Source: Basidiobolus meristosporus CBS 931.73
Taxonomy: Eukaryota > Fungi > Basidiobolomycota
Assembly (NCBI GenBank): GCA_002104905.1
Contig: MCFE01000032.1
Span: 1-64,000, forward strand
Direction of reading: 5' to 3'
Length of the DNA stretch: 64,000 nucleotides
The notes below the pieces were generated by a model that did not search any database, was not told where the DNA came from, and saw only the letters and a program-made list of their open reading frames with translations. The position numbers and the translations under genes were made by a program. How positions within the stretch are numbered: position 1 is the stretch's first letter; each line of letters starts with the position of its first letter. This document shows positions 35,503-49,000 of this stretch, one piece after another.

Positions 35503-35950
35503 TAATCAAGAACAAGCATCCGTTGCTCATGATCAATACCCTGAGAGATTAGCTCTCTGCTGCCAAAGTACTTACTAAAACTGACCTCAAAGGAGCATGT
35601 AAATTTGTCAAAATCAAGCCTGGCAATGAATGGAAATTGCTTTCAGAACAAGAAATGATTGTATTGAGTATGAAGTTATGAAATTTGGTCTCACCAATGC
35701 TCCAGCTATCTTTGAGCAGCTGATGAATGACACATTCAGTCAATACCTTGACCAACTTGTGGTTACCTTCCTTGATTTATCTTTATCTACTCCAAGACTG
35801 AAGATGACAATAATTACCATATGATGAAAGCTTTGAGCAAGTATGATGTTGTGCATCAACATTTAAAACTTAGCCAATTTCACTCTGTCAGAAAATCTAG
35901 TACCCAAACTGATTTTCCCTAACCCAAATATAACTAATCCCTGTTATGGT
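35503..35950 (+). mobile_element. Ty3/Gypsy reverse transcriptase fragment
   Basis: EWKIAFRTR...[33 protein letters not shown]. Confidence 0.85.
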
Positions 35951-36364
35951 TTATTTTATCACTTCTCAGAATCTATTTTTAGCTGGGAGGTTTCAGGTTA
36001 TTGCTGTTACCAATGTTACAAGTCTTAATATAGAGCCATTCAAGCGGTAGATTGTAACAATGTATAAGCTTCCCAGCCTTCTTTTTAGAAGTTGTGCATT
36101 GCTTTGTGTGAATATTGGCTGGAACATGAAATGATGCCAAAAATTCCTTGATTTGCTGATATTTGCTTTGTTTCATATGTCTATGTGAGAATATGGGACT
36201 TGCATTTTTAAGAAATTCATATATCTCATCATCATCAGTTGGGTACAATAATTTGGTGGCTTTCAAGATGAAGCATCAGGTCCATTGTGATTGGCTCATA
36301 GTATTTGTTGCAGTATTAAGTCAAGTATCTGGATATATGATATTGACCATGCTGGAATAGGATC

Positions 36365-36864
36365 TGTAATGAATAGACACATGGCAGGAGACTAGAGCTA
36401 GGCAAGGCAGCATCAGGAAAGGACTTGGGTATGGATCAACAAGGAAAGGTGGATTTCAAGGCATTGCTGTTTATTCAACACTGTGTTTGTCCAACTGAGG
36501 AATATATAAAGGGGGGATATAATTCTGTATACTTTTTTGCAATGTGGATGCCAAGAGATATTGACAAATCCTTTTGGGACTCTGGGGTGAGGCAGAGTTA
36601 GTGTGCCAAGATAGAAATTTACCAAAGAAAAGACTAGTACATCAGATGGGGATATGCCAAGGATCAGCTGACCAGGTGACACAGTCATGTAACATGCTAT
36701 TACCATATATGGTGCTAAACTATATCATCTCCAAAGTGATACTTCCATAGATTATTCCATTGTGTGACATTGACTTGGAGCTTTCAAGAAGTTGCCAGGA
36801 CAGAATAAAAATTTCTAGAATGAGCTGATACTTGGCACCATATTGATTTGGCTGCATCATGAAA
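36365..36864 (-). repeat. Solo LTR, family C
   Basis: Reverse complement of the ~500-bp repeat at 42339-42840 and 56563-57039; interrupts the Gypsy-2 RNase H/linker region. Confidence 0.75.
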
Positions 36865-37112
36865 GGTGAACTGTGTCATGTGAACAAGACAGGAACAGGT
36901 AAAAGCTATAACTTATTCAATATTGCTTATAAAGGCTTGGTATCAAACTCTGGAATGGAGTGTACCTCTAATAAATATAGCTCTAGCTTTTTTAATAGAT
37001 GGAGTACTCCCAGTGCTTTGTTCTTGATAGGTGGTCAGCTAAATTCATTTCCTTTCAACTATCTGCTGAGATATTTGTAAGGTTTTAACAACAATCTTTT
37101 GAAATTTGAATC

Positions 37113-37449
37113 TGTTTAGTAATTCCATCTAAATATCTACCTAACTTAGTCACTTGGATCATTACCTTCAAGTTCTATAGAATACTGACCAATTCCTTGT
37201 TGGGATTTGTTTGGAATATTTTCTCCAGAACATCTGGTACCCAGCACATGAAAATTCTTGAATTTGTCTAAACAGCCCCAAATGTTGCACAAATGTTCTT
37301 GGGACCTTCCCAAGCATATTATGCATGTTTGTTATGCCAAGACCATGTAAAAGTATAAATGTTGCTCATACATACAAATAAATAAATGACAACCACATAA
37401 GCTACTTGCTATCCCAATCACTTCCAATATGTGCAAAACTCTTACAACA
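37113..37449 (+). repeat. Solo LTR, Copia family A, inserted in Gypsy-2 RNase H
   Basis: Ends in CTCTTACAACA; flanks GAATC/GAGTC; excising it restores GGIMTQISKD. Confidence 0.85.
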
Positions 37450-40400
37450 GAGTCATGATCCCACCAACCCCAAGTCCAGAGCTATCAGCTAATACAGTGC
37501 TTGGTTGCAAAGCAAAAACTCTCTTGTCTATAGCTGCAAAAATTGGTGGGCTTAATAATGACACAAATCATGTTGGCCTAGCATATGGCTATTTTTCATG
37601 CCATTCTAATTTCAGGCTTTTCTCTAATTACTGAGTCAGAGGCTTAGTAACTTGAACATAGTTCTTAATCCTGCTGTGGAATAGTCAAGTAAGTACTAAT
37701 AGCTGTTTGACTTGATGAATATTGACTGGTGTCTTCCAATTTAGTGCCAATGAAAGTTTTGAGGGAGCAGGTGATCATCCTTTTGCAGCAACAAGTTCAT
37801 CTAGAATGATTGCTTTGTTTTAGCCTAACTTGCATCTGGCTCCAGATACAATCAGACCAAAAGCTACAAGTTTTTCCTGACCATTTCAACTTGAATAAGT
37901 CTTTATTAACATGTCTTCTTACCTGGGTTAAGATATATTGTGTAGCTTTTTCTCTGAAATCATTGTTAACAGCAATGTCATCAAGAAGTGGTTGACATAT
38001 TTCAGTGAAACAGTTATGCAAAACCCAAATCATTGCACATTGTTAATTCTGAGCAGACTCACTCTATCATTGAGGAGTTCTGGCTATCCTTATGAGTTCT
38101 ATTGGTGTATCTATGGCAGTGAAATCTCTTGAGCCAGGATCCAGTAGTATTTGGTCATGTTCTGTTGAAATATTTAGAGAGATATATTGGAAGTGAATTG
38201 CAGAGTTAGAAGATTTACATGATACTCATTTGTTGGTTCATTGAGTTACAACACAGTATATATACTTATTGCAGAACTAGGTAAATGTACCTATTTGGTA
38301 ACTTTCAGGGGAGTCTCAGGAGTACATGTGCCAAGTTTCAGCTCATTTGGGCAAGTTTCAGATTTTCCTATAATTCTGTACTTCTCTAATTCCTAATAAT
38401 TAGTAAATATCTTACAAACTAATTTCCAAGTTGATAATCTGAAAGACATCATTTCACTAAGTGCTAGTTCATAATATATTAATAATTAGGTGCACTCCTA
38501 ATTATTTTAACACTTCCACTCACATAATATATTCATATACTTATGAACTTGCTGTAGATCTTCCAGTTGAAGTTAAACCAGCAATTAACCATATACCCTA
38601 TTGGACTAATGCATTCTCCAATATATGTTAAGGATTGCATATAATCTGTAATGACTAAGTATAAGTCCATACTGTTAATTACATACTTCAGATTAAATTG
38701 CTTTGAGTCTGAACTCTGATCTATGAATGAGTTTCATCCATTTGTTTTGTGTAAAACTTTTTAGATACTGATCAAATCCTGGCATAGTTTGTATCATCAG
38801 ATAGCTGCATTTTTAGGCTATCTGCTGTTTTTTATTTGAGTAAATTAGTCAATAATTGGCAAAGTTAGGATGTGGTCTTCTCTCCAGTAGATCTGGATCA
38901 TCCACAGTTCCGGTGTAGTGGGGTGACAGTGACACCCACTGACAGATGTGCTCATTCCCTTATTTACTACTTCCCTATATCTCTACAGCACTTATTTTAG
39001 TTTTATCCCATTTATCTTAGCCAATCAGTACTATCCCATAAGCTGGTTGACTATCACACCTGCTTACCTTATTGCATAAGTTACCCCTCACTTTATGTAA
39101 GATTACCAGCTATAAGTGCTTCTATATTAGACAAGTACCCGCACCAGTACCCATGACACATGATCAAGCCGTGTCACCATCCCTACCATTTCCATACCAT
39201 ATATGGTGTTCCTATGTTACACAGGCTTCAGAATACTGATTCCTGATTGGTTGGATGTGCTGTGCCTCTTAGAACCTTCTGGCACCTACTTAGAACATTC
39301 TTAGGCCATTCTGATGTCATTAAGATTTCTATTGATATCTGGAACCTTCTGGAACACCATGATTAGTAATCACTTAGCCAGTAAGAAAAGTATATAAGGG
39401 AGGCTATCCCTCAACAATAAATCATCATCCCTTTTATCAATATTCCAACTTGTTGATTAGTGTAATCACTGCTACCTGCTGCCACCTGAACAGGACACTC
39501 CCAGGAAACCATGCTGACAGCCAACTGACCTTGGAGGCACTACTTGTGAGGAATACTCAGAGTAGGTATCTTTTATTATATTTGATTATTTCCCAAGTTT
39601 GTTCTTGTACAGGCAAAGATACTTTTCTGTCTTTGTAACCATTGACCACAGCTGCATTCTTATCAAGTCCCTGCTAGTGGAGTTTACAGTTGTTTTGACT
39701 TTGGAAGCTTTAGTACATTGTCATCTCAAAGGACACTGAACCCAGCACATACTTTTGTTAAGACGCCAACTAAGTTGGGGATTGTAGCTCAATAGTTTTC
39801 CCTTGACAAGCTTGTGGCTTTATTCCCCTTCACATTATATTAGAGACAGAACCCAAGTATTCCTAGCAAGCTTTTGCCAGAGGTTATTGCACCCAGTGAA
39901 CACCCCACACACAAAACACTTGAGAAGTGTTGGATGTATCTCTCCCTTGGAGTTATACACCACCACACTGGTATATAGTCTAACTTGCTTAGACTATCCT
40001 CCATATATCCATAACTGGATCTGGAAAATAACTTTCCTCATACACTCCATATATGATCCGCTGAGACCAACAAATGGTCAGCATTGTAGTTGCCTTATTC
40101 TTCACCGGTTGACCAAGTATTTTGACTTCCAGACTAGCACTTTCAATGGTATCTAGCCTAGCTTTTCTTCATTCCTGATCTGGGATATTGTACTCCCACT
40201 GAAGCTACATCTTCTGGTGCTTCCTGCCTTTCAAAACTGACTAAGATAGATCATATATATTCTTCTGATCTAGGCATAACTTTCTTGGACTGATATTGCA
40301 GTTATGGTTTTCAGATTTTCCCTTTGCATCTTGATAGGTTTGATTTGGTATCACAAAAATACCACAGTCTGATTGGCAGCTATTCATAGAGGCCTCATCC

Positions 40401-41185
40401 TAAGCAGGATAGATATGATCTCATATGTACTATTGCACTTGAACAGTACAACCTGATCTGGCACCTTCCATTTGCGTAAATCTACCATAACAGCTCTGAT
40501 GAGCCACTATTACTACTGATTGAACTTTCCAGCATAAAGCTTGATTGTCAGTGCAAACAGACAAGTCCATGATCTTCTGGCCCCATTGCAGCCCTTAGGT
40601 TGGCCCTTAGTACAACTTCTCTAGCTCCAACTGCAAGTAAGTTGACTTCATAGTTCACTATAATTGTGATTTTTCTTCTGAGTATGTATGTTCACTTGGA
40701 CTGCTCTGCTGCTTTCCTAATCACCAATACTCCATTATCCTTGTGTGGTAGAATAACTGGATGATATCTAGTGTGCTAGATAGTCCAAAACTGGCTTAGG
40801 TATCACCTAACTCCATTGAGAAACTGACAACTTATTGGTGGCAGCTAGATTTTCCTTATTGATCTAGAACTGGAACATGCAGGTAGCATATCCACGGTTT
40901 GTTAGATCTCCTAGAGTGTTCAGGAACCTCCTGTCTTTAAGACATATCTACTCTGAGATGTTTCAACCAAATTGGTCATCCATTTAGATCCGGCATTACT
41001 TTTCACAGGCTTAATCAAATTTGATCAAATAAGCTTCCATAGAAAGCCATTTCTCTCAGCATCTTGGTAGCAGATATTATCATTGCAGTTGGACCCATAG
41101 CTGGGAGCTGAAAGTAACTTGATTTGATCATAATAACAAGATTAACATCAGATCTATGTTAATATATATGATCCTTCATCACTGT

Positions 41186-41396
41186 TGACTTGTTGCATCA
41201 TTCCAGCTGATTATAGTGCCCAATAGTGCCAGAGCATGCCAGATGGTGCCTGATCATGCCACAGAGTGCCAGACGGTGCCATAGAGTGCCAATTTGGGAT
41301 CAAAATTGACATGCATATGACCCTAAAACATCAAATTAGTAGCAAAATATACAGCACTTTCTGGCACTAAGATCAATGGCACAATGGAACAAGTCC
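41186..41396. mobile_element. MITE of TIR family E
   Basis: GACTTGTTGCAT...ATGGAACAAGTC termini, internal AGTGCCA repeats, and TGT/TGT 3-bp flanks. Confidence 0.7.
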
Positions 41397-42300
41397 TGTA
41401 TGTATGCAATATATGTACTAGTGTAGGGCACCTAGTACACTCCTTGATAGTTCTTCATGCATATTCTATAGTATCACTTTTCTTGATGGCAGTAGAAATT
41501 CCATGTTTCAGCATATACGGGTTTATCTCCTCCCACTGTTTCTGACACTTAATGTAGACATGTAGCTTGTATAATAAGTGTCTCACAGAGCTTTAGGCTC
41601 AATGGCACTGGAAATAGTACCACTGATATACCATGTGTACCACTCCTAAGTTAGGATGTCTGAGATCACTGATCTTTGGCCAAATATATAGGTGTTAAAT
41701 ATCTTTTTGATCCTCAGAATTTGGGCAAGCTGATCCATATATCCGTCTGCATATCCAACTCCAAACTAGGGCAGCAGATGGCATCAAAGTGTTTGCGCAT
41801 CATTTGATTTCAAGTGACTACAGGCTTATGTAAATTCACTGTAGCAATGTGGGCACTTCATTGACTAAAATAGCTTAATCCAAACCCAGGTATATGTGGG
41901 TCTTCAACATAGATCCATCAAGCGGTGATAATATGGATGAATAACATTAATACATATATCATGTAAAATGCCCCTTATTGATCTGGACTCCTGGCTGGGA
42001 TTATGCATTTTCTCAAAGCTTCATCCTTCTGCACATTCCATAATTTGAAACTTGTCCAACATGATCTCCCAGACATATGACTTTTTTCTTTGCTTAGTGT
42101 CTTCTTTAAGGCCAAAGGCCTCTCTCTCCATTACAATATATCCCATCTAGCAGTTCTTTGCAGCGGCAGTACTTTTCTGTCTTTTGTAACTTCAGGTAGA
42201 CCAGGCAGTCTTTCTCCAGAATAAAGACACAGCACTAGAGCAAAGTAGACAGCCAAGATAAAGTAAGCTTGGGGCTCATAACCTGTTGAGATATTTAGAG

Positions 42301-43174
42301 TATTACAAGTCTTGGTATAAGTGGTGTAGAGGAATAGGTGTCATGATCACATGACAACCATGAGCATGTATGACAAGTTTCAGCTTCCTAGCTCAATTTC
42401 TAAGAGATTCCTTCTGGAACCTTCTACCATCTTCCAGAAAGTTCCTGACCATTCCAAACCCTTGCTACACAATGGAACATTCCATGGAAGCTTCCCATTG
42501 TATTTTTCATAGTCCACTACCATATATGGAAATACCAGGTCACATGACTTAGTCACATGATCAGGTAACCCAATCCATTTCCCCATCCTGTCTCAGTGCC
42601 TTGCCTTCCATATTATTATCCCCAGTACATGCTGTGCCTCACCCTACAACCCCATTAGTATTAGCCAATATCTCTTGGCATCAGTATAACCAAAAAGTAT
42701 ATATAGTCCTATCCCCCCTTAAGTATTCCTCAGTCTGATAAACACAGGTCTTGAATAAACAGCCTTGCCTTGATGATCCACACCTAAGTCCTTTCCTGCC
42801 ATGCCTAGCTTTTCCTCCTGCCTTGTGTCTATTTATAATAATAGGGAGTTTAGCTAGAATTGTATTCACTAAAACTTGAGCTGATCTTTATTGAGATTCC
42901 AGCAGCTCCTTATATACATTTTGCCAGATCAATTGCTGACTAATTGTTTTTCCTAATGTAGGCTGTGGCTGATGACTCATTTAATTGCATCATCATCACA
43001 CAATAAGATCCTACCTAATATATCTATTTCTGTCTGATAAGGATCTGCTGATTCATTTGCTGACTAATGTTACTGATTTGATAGATCATACTGATATTGA
43101 TAACCTAAACAAATAACTAACTGATTTGAATAAAAACTGATCTAACCTAAACATTCAAGCGGCGGATCATAACA
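42301..43174. repeat. Solo LTR, Gypsy family B, inserted in the 5' LTR of element D
   Basis: TATTACAAGTCTTG...GATCATAACA; 4-bp TSD AGAG; itself interrupted at 42339-42840. Confidence 0.85.
42339..42840 (+). repeat. Solo LTR, family C, inserted in LTR B
   Basis: TGTCATGATC start; 5-bp TSD ATAGG (42334-42338, 42841-42845). Confidence 0.85.
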
Positions 43175-46061
43175 AGAGAGATATATTGTAAGTGAATTGG
43201 AGAGTTAGAAGATTGACATGATACTCACTTGTTGGTTTATTGAGTTACAACACAGTATTTATACTTATTGCAGAACTAGGTAAATGTAACTATTTGATAA
43301 CTTTTAGGGGAGTCTCAGGAGTACATGTGCCAAGTTTCAGCTCATTTGGACAAGTTTCAAGTTTTCCTAAAATTCTGTACTTCTCTAATTCCTGATAATT
43401 AGTAAATATTTTATAAACTAATTTCTAAGTTGATAATCTGAAAGATATCACTTCACTAAGTGCTAGTTCATTATATATTAATAATTATGTGCACTCCTGA
43501 TTATTTCAACATGTTCTGAGTTAAGATCCAATGATGAAATCAGAGGATATCCAGCAAAAGCTCAAAATACATATGTTGTATGGGTGGCTGCTGAGCATCT
43601 TTGATGGTGACCTTATTGATATTGTATATCTGGAATAAACCCTAAAATTCATATTTTCATCAATGATGTAAGCCAGGGATTGGACCATGGTCAATAGCTG
43701 TATTCAGTGACTCCACTTTGAGATCTTTATTGTGATATTTCAATAACTTTGCTCAGTAATCTTGAGGGAACAGGAAATGATCTTAGTTCCTATAGTGCAT
43801 GTTGAGTTGTTTGGATTTCAACTGGTGGAAGTAGCTCTGTGGATAAGCATCTTCTTTGCACATGACTAAATGCAAAGGCATTGTCATAGCACTGTAGCAT
43901 AGTCACAAGGAGACTTTTTTTTGGTAGCAAGAGTAGTTGCAATAGCTAACTCCAGGAGCTTTTCTACAGTAAGTCTGGTTTTTTCATACATGTGCAAAGG
44001 CTCTACTGGAGGATTGCTGTGGGTAGATAGTCTAACGTAAATTTATACTAGCTTTGGTTTCAAAGCAACTGGCCTATTCTTAGTATTTATATTACTGGTG
44101 GTCAATTGGATGAAATGTTGATCATAAAACAAAATTCTCCCATGAACCTGAGTATTCTATACCTATATTGAGTCTGCATTTCTGGGTTGTTCACTTCAGC
44201 TGCACAAAAAGTTGCTCCTCTTTTTGGTTATCAGATGAGATGATCAGTCATAAGTTCCCAGCAGATCAGCTATCAGCTTGTAGAGAGACTTTCTCCTATA
44301 TGGTTATTGCAACAATACTTCAAAAGTTGGCCCATCAGCAACATTAACAAAGGGAAACATAATCTTAATTTCACCAGTGTCAATTGGTACTGAGTGATGA
44401 AGTCCAAGAATCTTCTCTGTTGAGCCAGTAGCAATTCTTATATTTTAGTCAACTACTGTCAATGGCAATTTGATTTTTTTGTCACTCACAGTGATCATGG
44501 TATTGATTTCTGATCCTGAGTCATTATCACATTCTACTTAAACATTATTACATGTGCTGCATAACATCTGATAATAATAGAGTAAAAGGCTTTTTCCACT
44601 TCATATTGAAGTTGCTCACTTGATCACATTGTTGAAGAGTTTTCCTGATTTTCCTAAGGAAATCCTTGCTTATAGATTTAACCATTTTAGTCATTAGCTA
44701 GTCAATAGTGCTGATAATAGTGAACATTTCTTGACTTGTGAGTCTTGGAAATGGGATTTCCAGAATTTGTTGATAACATTCTGTGTTATTGCAGTAGTTT
44801 CATACTTGGAATCAGATTGCAAGTGTTCTTTCACAAATTTGATGTTTCTGGCTGCAATGGTATCTAAACAATTGTCTAACTTCTTTTGTCAGTATGCACC
44901 ATTTTGGGATTGCCGTCTGTAGAGACATATTTCCTCTTATCAATAATGCAATAAGATTCTTCAGCTTCCTCATTTTAAATCATATAACTTTGGACCTGCT
45001 CTGATGGGTGTGATATTAGATGTACATAATGTGCATGACTTGGAATTTCAGCAGTCTTTTGGTTTTGTATAAAGTTCAATGCTTAGGTGCTTCACTTAAT
45101 TCTTCATGAGCTAGTACATAGGACCTCATTCCACTGTAATATCTGTCAATAGGCAAGGGGTTCCCAGCCTTATCACAGATCTTCCTGTAGCAATTAATCA
45201 TAACTCAATGACTGTCAATATTCAATATTTGACAGCTATAGTGGCTGTGTTCAGCTGATTTACTGTACACACAATAATTGGCATGCTGTGGATAGTTCCT
45301 GGTTGTTTTGGGATTTCTGTTCTTACCTTGATCATGCTTGATTATAGTACACCTTGTGAGCTCAATTGAAGCATCAGTTTTCCTGATGTATTAATGAACT
45401 CAGTAGCCTGATCACTATATGGGCTATTGGTACAATGAAGAATTTGCCTAGCTGCAGTAGAAATTTTTGCTTGATTATTGATGAAATCCGTAACTTGTCT
45501 CCCTGATTGATAAGATAGCACCATTAGTTTAACATTGTTGCAGGAGCTTTTATTCTGAGCTTGGTAGCTAATGGCATTAATGACTTTGGGAGATATATTT
45601 ATCAGAAAATAATTTCTTAGATAAAATCTTAGAATCTCAATTGCTGCTTCAATACACCTTGCTTTGGACTAAAACTTCCTAACATACATTTCCAATGGTT
45701 GAGTGTTGCTGTAAGGCATTTCTAGCTTATTTAGTGTTGCAAACTGTGCCATCTTTTGGAATCAGCTAGAATATCTTGCTGAGCAGTATTCTGCTCTTGC
45801 TTTACACCAGCAGATATCCCAAGTGGATCCATATGTTGTAAGAATCTTGATACTTCAACCTCACATAGTAGAGGTAACAACTAGAGTTGTTCTTGTGTTA
45901 CAGCTCAAATGCTGCAGCTATATTGTCAAGTTCCTCTAGTAGCTTAGTAACATTTTTTCCTCCAAATCTTCAGTGATTAGCACCCTCAATGTGGCTATTA
46001 GCTCTGGGACTAATATATAGTCATTCTTTTTCTTGATGCTTGTATAGTGAAAAGTTCAAAC

Positions 46062-49000
46062 TACTTAAAGTCTCAATATAAGAGTTGTAGAGAAATAGTG
46101 AGTATAGTAAGAATTGTATTCACTTAAGCTAGAGCAGATTTTTATTGAGGTTCCAGCAGCTCCTTATGTACATTTTGCCAGAACAGTTGCTGACTAATTA
46201 TATTCCCTAATGTAGGTTGTGACTAATAACTCATTAGATTGCATCATCATCAACCATTAAGATCCTACTAAATATATCTATTTCTGTCCATTAAGGATCT
46301 GCTGATCCATTTGTTGACTAATGTTAATGATTTGATAGATAACACTGATATGCTGATAGGCTAAACATGTAATTAATTGATTTGACTAAAAGTTGATCTA
46401 ACTTAAACATTCAAGCTGTAAAACATAACATTCTTCCCTACTAAAGTTGAGAGAGTTCTCCCAAATCTCTTTTCTTGCTATACTAATATCTTGATGGTTC
46501 AGTATTATTGGCAAGACTTGCAAGCTTGAGTCTGTCTCTGTGAACTAAATCTTTGCAACATCCCTTGTTTGTTTATTAGCTAGTAAGTTGCAAATGGAGA
46601 TTCTCTGATGGTTTTGAAAGGTTGCATCCACTGTGGCCCAAACTTCTTGCAAGTGTTGTTTCTCAGCAATACAAAGTACCCCACTGTCAATGCTTCTGGT
46701 GATAAGGTCTTCTCAAATCTCTGCTTCATCTTTTTTGCACTTTGAGATACTTTGACCTGTGCATCTTGATGTCTTTGTTCCAGCTGCTGGTGTCTACATG
46801 TCTGCCTGAGTTCATCTTATAAGAAGTCTGTAAGCTTTGGTTCTGTGAGATCTCTTGGAATCCTTGGTTCACATCCATACACTAAGTAAAATAGCAATTA
46901 TATAGTGGTGTTGTGTACTCTAACTCTGCAGGCAAAAAGTGCTTGGACTATATACTCATCCCATCAACTGACAGCTCCATTTGCATACTTGGTCAGCATT
47001 TTTCCAAATAATCTCTTAAACTGCTTAGTGATTCTGTTAGTTCTAGGGTGATATGCTAGGTTTTCAAGTGTTTGATCTGTTGTATTTTCAGGTAAGCTTC
47101 CAGTATCTTTGCCATAAAGTTTGTTCCTCTATCAGATAAATTCTCTATATGGCATCCAAACCTCATAAGGATCTCAAAGTAAATGAAACTTCCAGCTGTT
47201 AGTTCACTAGCTACAGGAACAGCTTTAGCCATTGCCATATAGTTGCATGGTCAATTGCCACTATAATCCAATGGTTGAATTTCCTGATGGTTGGCAGTCT
47301 TACAATGAAGTCAATTCCCCATATCTCAATTAGTCTCATAGGCTCTAAGGGAAAGAGTACAGCAATTCTCTGCTGCTGGCCTTGGCTGATTTGGCAATTT
47401 GGGCATGTTTTCATTAGCTTATCAATATCTTGTCTCATTTGGGGCAACCATGCTCAGGCTTTCACATGGCAATAGGCTCCTTTGATTCCAAGATATCTGT
47501 ATCCATTGTGTAGCTTAAGTATTAACTCCAGGCAAACAACATAAGGGCAATTGGCAATAGGGCTTTCATCAACAATTTGGTACAGAGTTTTACCCTGTTC
47601 CACAAATTTGCTGACTTCATTCCGGGTAATCTTCTCAATCTCTTCATCCACCTGATTAGGAATGGTTTTGTCCTCCAAGTACTTTGGTAATAGGCTAGGT
47701 CAATGCAATCCATGCACCAAGTTGAGTTGTTCTACTTGTTCTAATCTTGATAAAGCATCAGCAACCACATTTTTTTCCCAGGGCAGTAGGCAGTCTTCAA
47801 GTCAAGGTGCAGAATGTATTCACTCCATCTTGTCATTCTTCTGGAGAGTACCATCTGAGTAAATATATACTTCAGTGAGGCATGATCAGTCTTCAAAGTG
47901 CAGTTGACTCCTTCAATGTAGCATCTCCAGGTCTTCAAGCAGTATATTTTGGCAAGTATCTCCTCATGCACTGGATAATTTTGTTTTGCTGAGTTCAGTT
48001 TCTTGGACTCAAAAGCAACTGGGTAGTCCTTTCTCTCATGTTCTTGACTCAGTACTCCACCAATTGCATAGTCTGAAGCATTTGCATACAGAGTAAACTG
48101 TTTCCTGAAGTCTGAGATTTGTAAGCTTGACAGCTTACCAAGTTCATTCTTGAGCATCTGAAAGGTATTCTTACAGGCTATGTCCTGACTCTTTGGGTTG
48201 TCTTTCTTGAGAATATTAGTTAAAGGGGCTGCAATACTTGCAAAGGAGTTGACAAATCTCCAATTAAAGGAAACCATCCAAGGAATGATCTGGGTTCCAA
48301 TATGCAATGTGGCTGCTTTAGATTCTTGACAACTTCAACCTTCTTGAGGTCTAAGGTTACTCCTGTGCAAGTCACTATAAGTCCCAGGTATTGAACATGT
48401 TCCTTTAAGAGTTCACACTTTGCTAGCTTGCTGTAGAGCTTGTTCTCTCTCAGCTTCTTCAAGACTTTTTCAATATGCACCAAGTGTTCCTCTTCTGTCT
48501 TGCTGTATATCAATATGTCATCTGGGTAAAATAACACAAACTTGTCTAAGTATTTCTGGAAGACTGTTTGCAGCAAGGTCATATATGTTGCGGGAGCATT
48601 GGTAAGACCAAAACTCAAGACTAAGTACTTGCAATGTCCATATTTGGTCCTGAATGTTGTCTTAGGGATGTCTCCAGTTTCACCTTGATCTGGATGTATC
48701 CTGAAATATGGTCAATCTTGCTAAATATGGTAGCTCCATTGGGTTGGTCCAATAGCTCATCAATCCAAGTATGAGGAACTTATTTTTACAGTAACTGAGT
48801 TAAGGGCTCTGTGGACATCCTAAGTGTTCCATCCTTATTTTTCACAAAAAGTACTGTGCTCCCCAATGTGGCTTGCTGGGCCTAATACTTCCTTGTTCCA
48901 ATAACTCATCTATTGGTCACTTCATCTCTTCCAACTCCAAATAACTCATTCTGTATGGTGTCTTGCTCACTGGAGGGCTATCTCCTGTTTCAATGGCATG

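Larger units (their letters stand above)
38163..43511 (-). mobile_element. Copia-type LTR element (family D) with two LTRs, PBS and PPT but no recognisable gag-pol
   Basis: LTRs 38163-~38510 and 42284-43511 (the latter interrupted); perfect 5-bp TSD TGTTC (38158-38162, 43512-43516); PBS GGTTATGAGCCCC (complement of 42271-42283); PPT GAGTGGAAG next to the 3' LTR. Confidence 0.85.
35960..46061 (-). mobile_element. Fragmented Ty3/Gypsy element 2 (gag-PR-RT-RNase H-linker), split by nested insertions
   Basis: gag GKNVTKLLEELDNIAAAFEL (~45950); protease DSGSEIN (~44520); RT EYSYGPWSNPW (~43700), then DQILLDPGSRDFTAIDTP and LLDDIAV (~38150-37970); RNase H DSSGLGVGGIM (~37470) and ALGVLHLLKKLELYL (~37000). 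Confidence 0.85.

Noticed and set aside
39777-39795. GGGGATTGTAGCTCAATAG resembling a tRNA-Ala 5' end or SINE head
   Set aside because: No D-loop GG, anticodon arm, T-loop/B-box or acceptor-stem partner follows.
41215-41290. Tandem AGTGCCA-type repeats suggesting a CRISPR-like array
   Set aside because: Units are 7-10 bp with no unique spacers; they are subterminal repeats of TIR family E in a eukaryotic genome.
41700-41880. CPHC...CSH...WIC read as an IBR/RING2 domain of a captured E3 ligase
   Set aside because: Ligand spacing fits poorly and the frame has several stops; kept only as part of the unclassified element D interior.
46440-46700. Chromodomain at the end of Gypsy-1 integrase
   Set aside because: Only a GPY/F-like remnant is visible; no aromatic-cage chromodomain pattern before the PPT.
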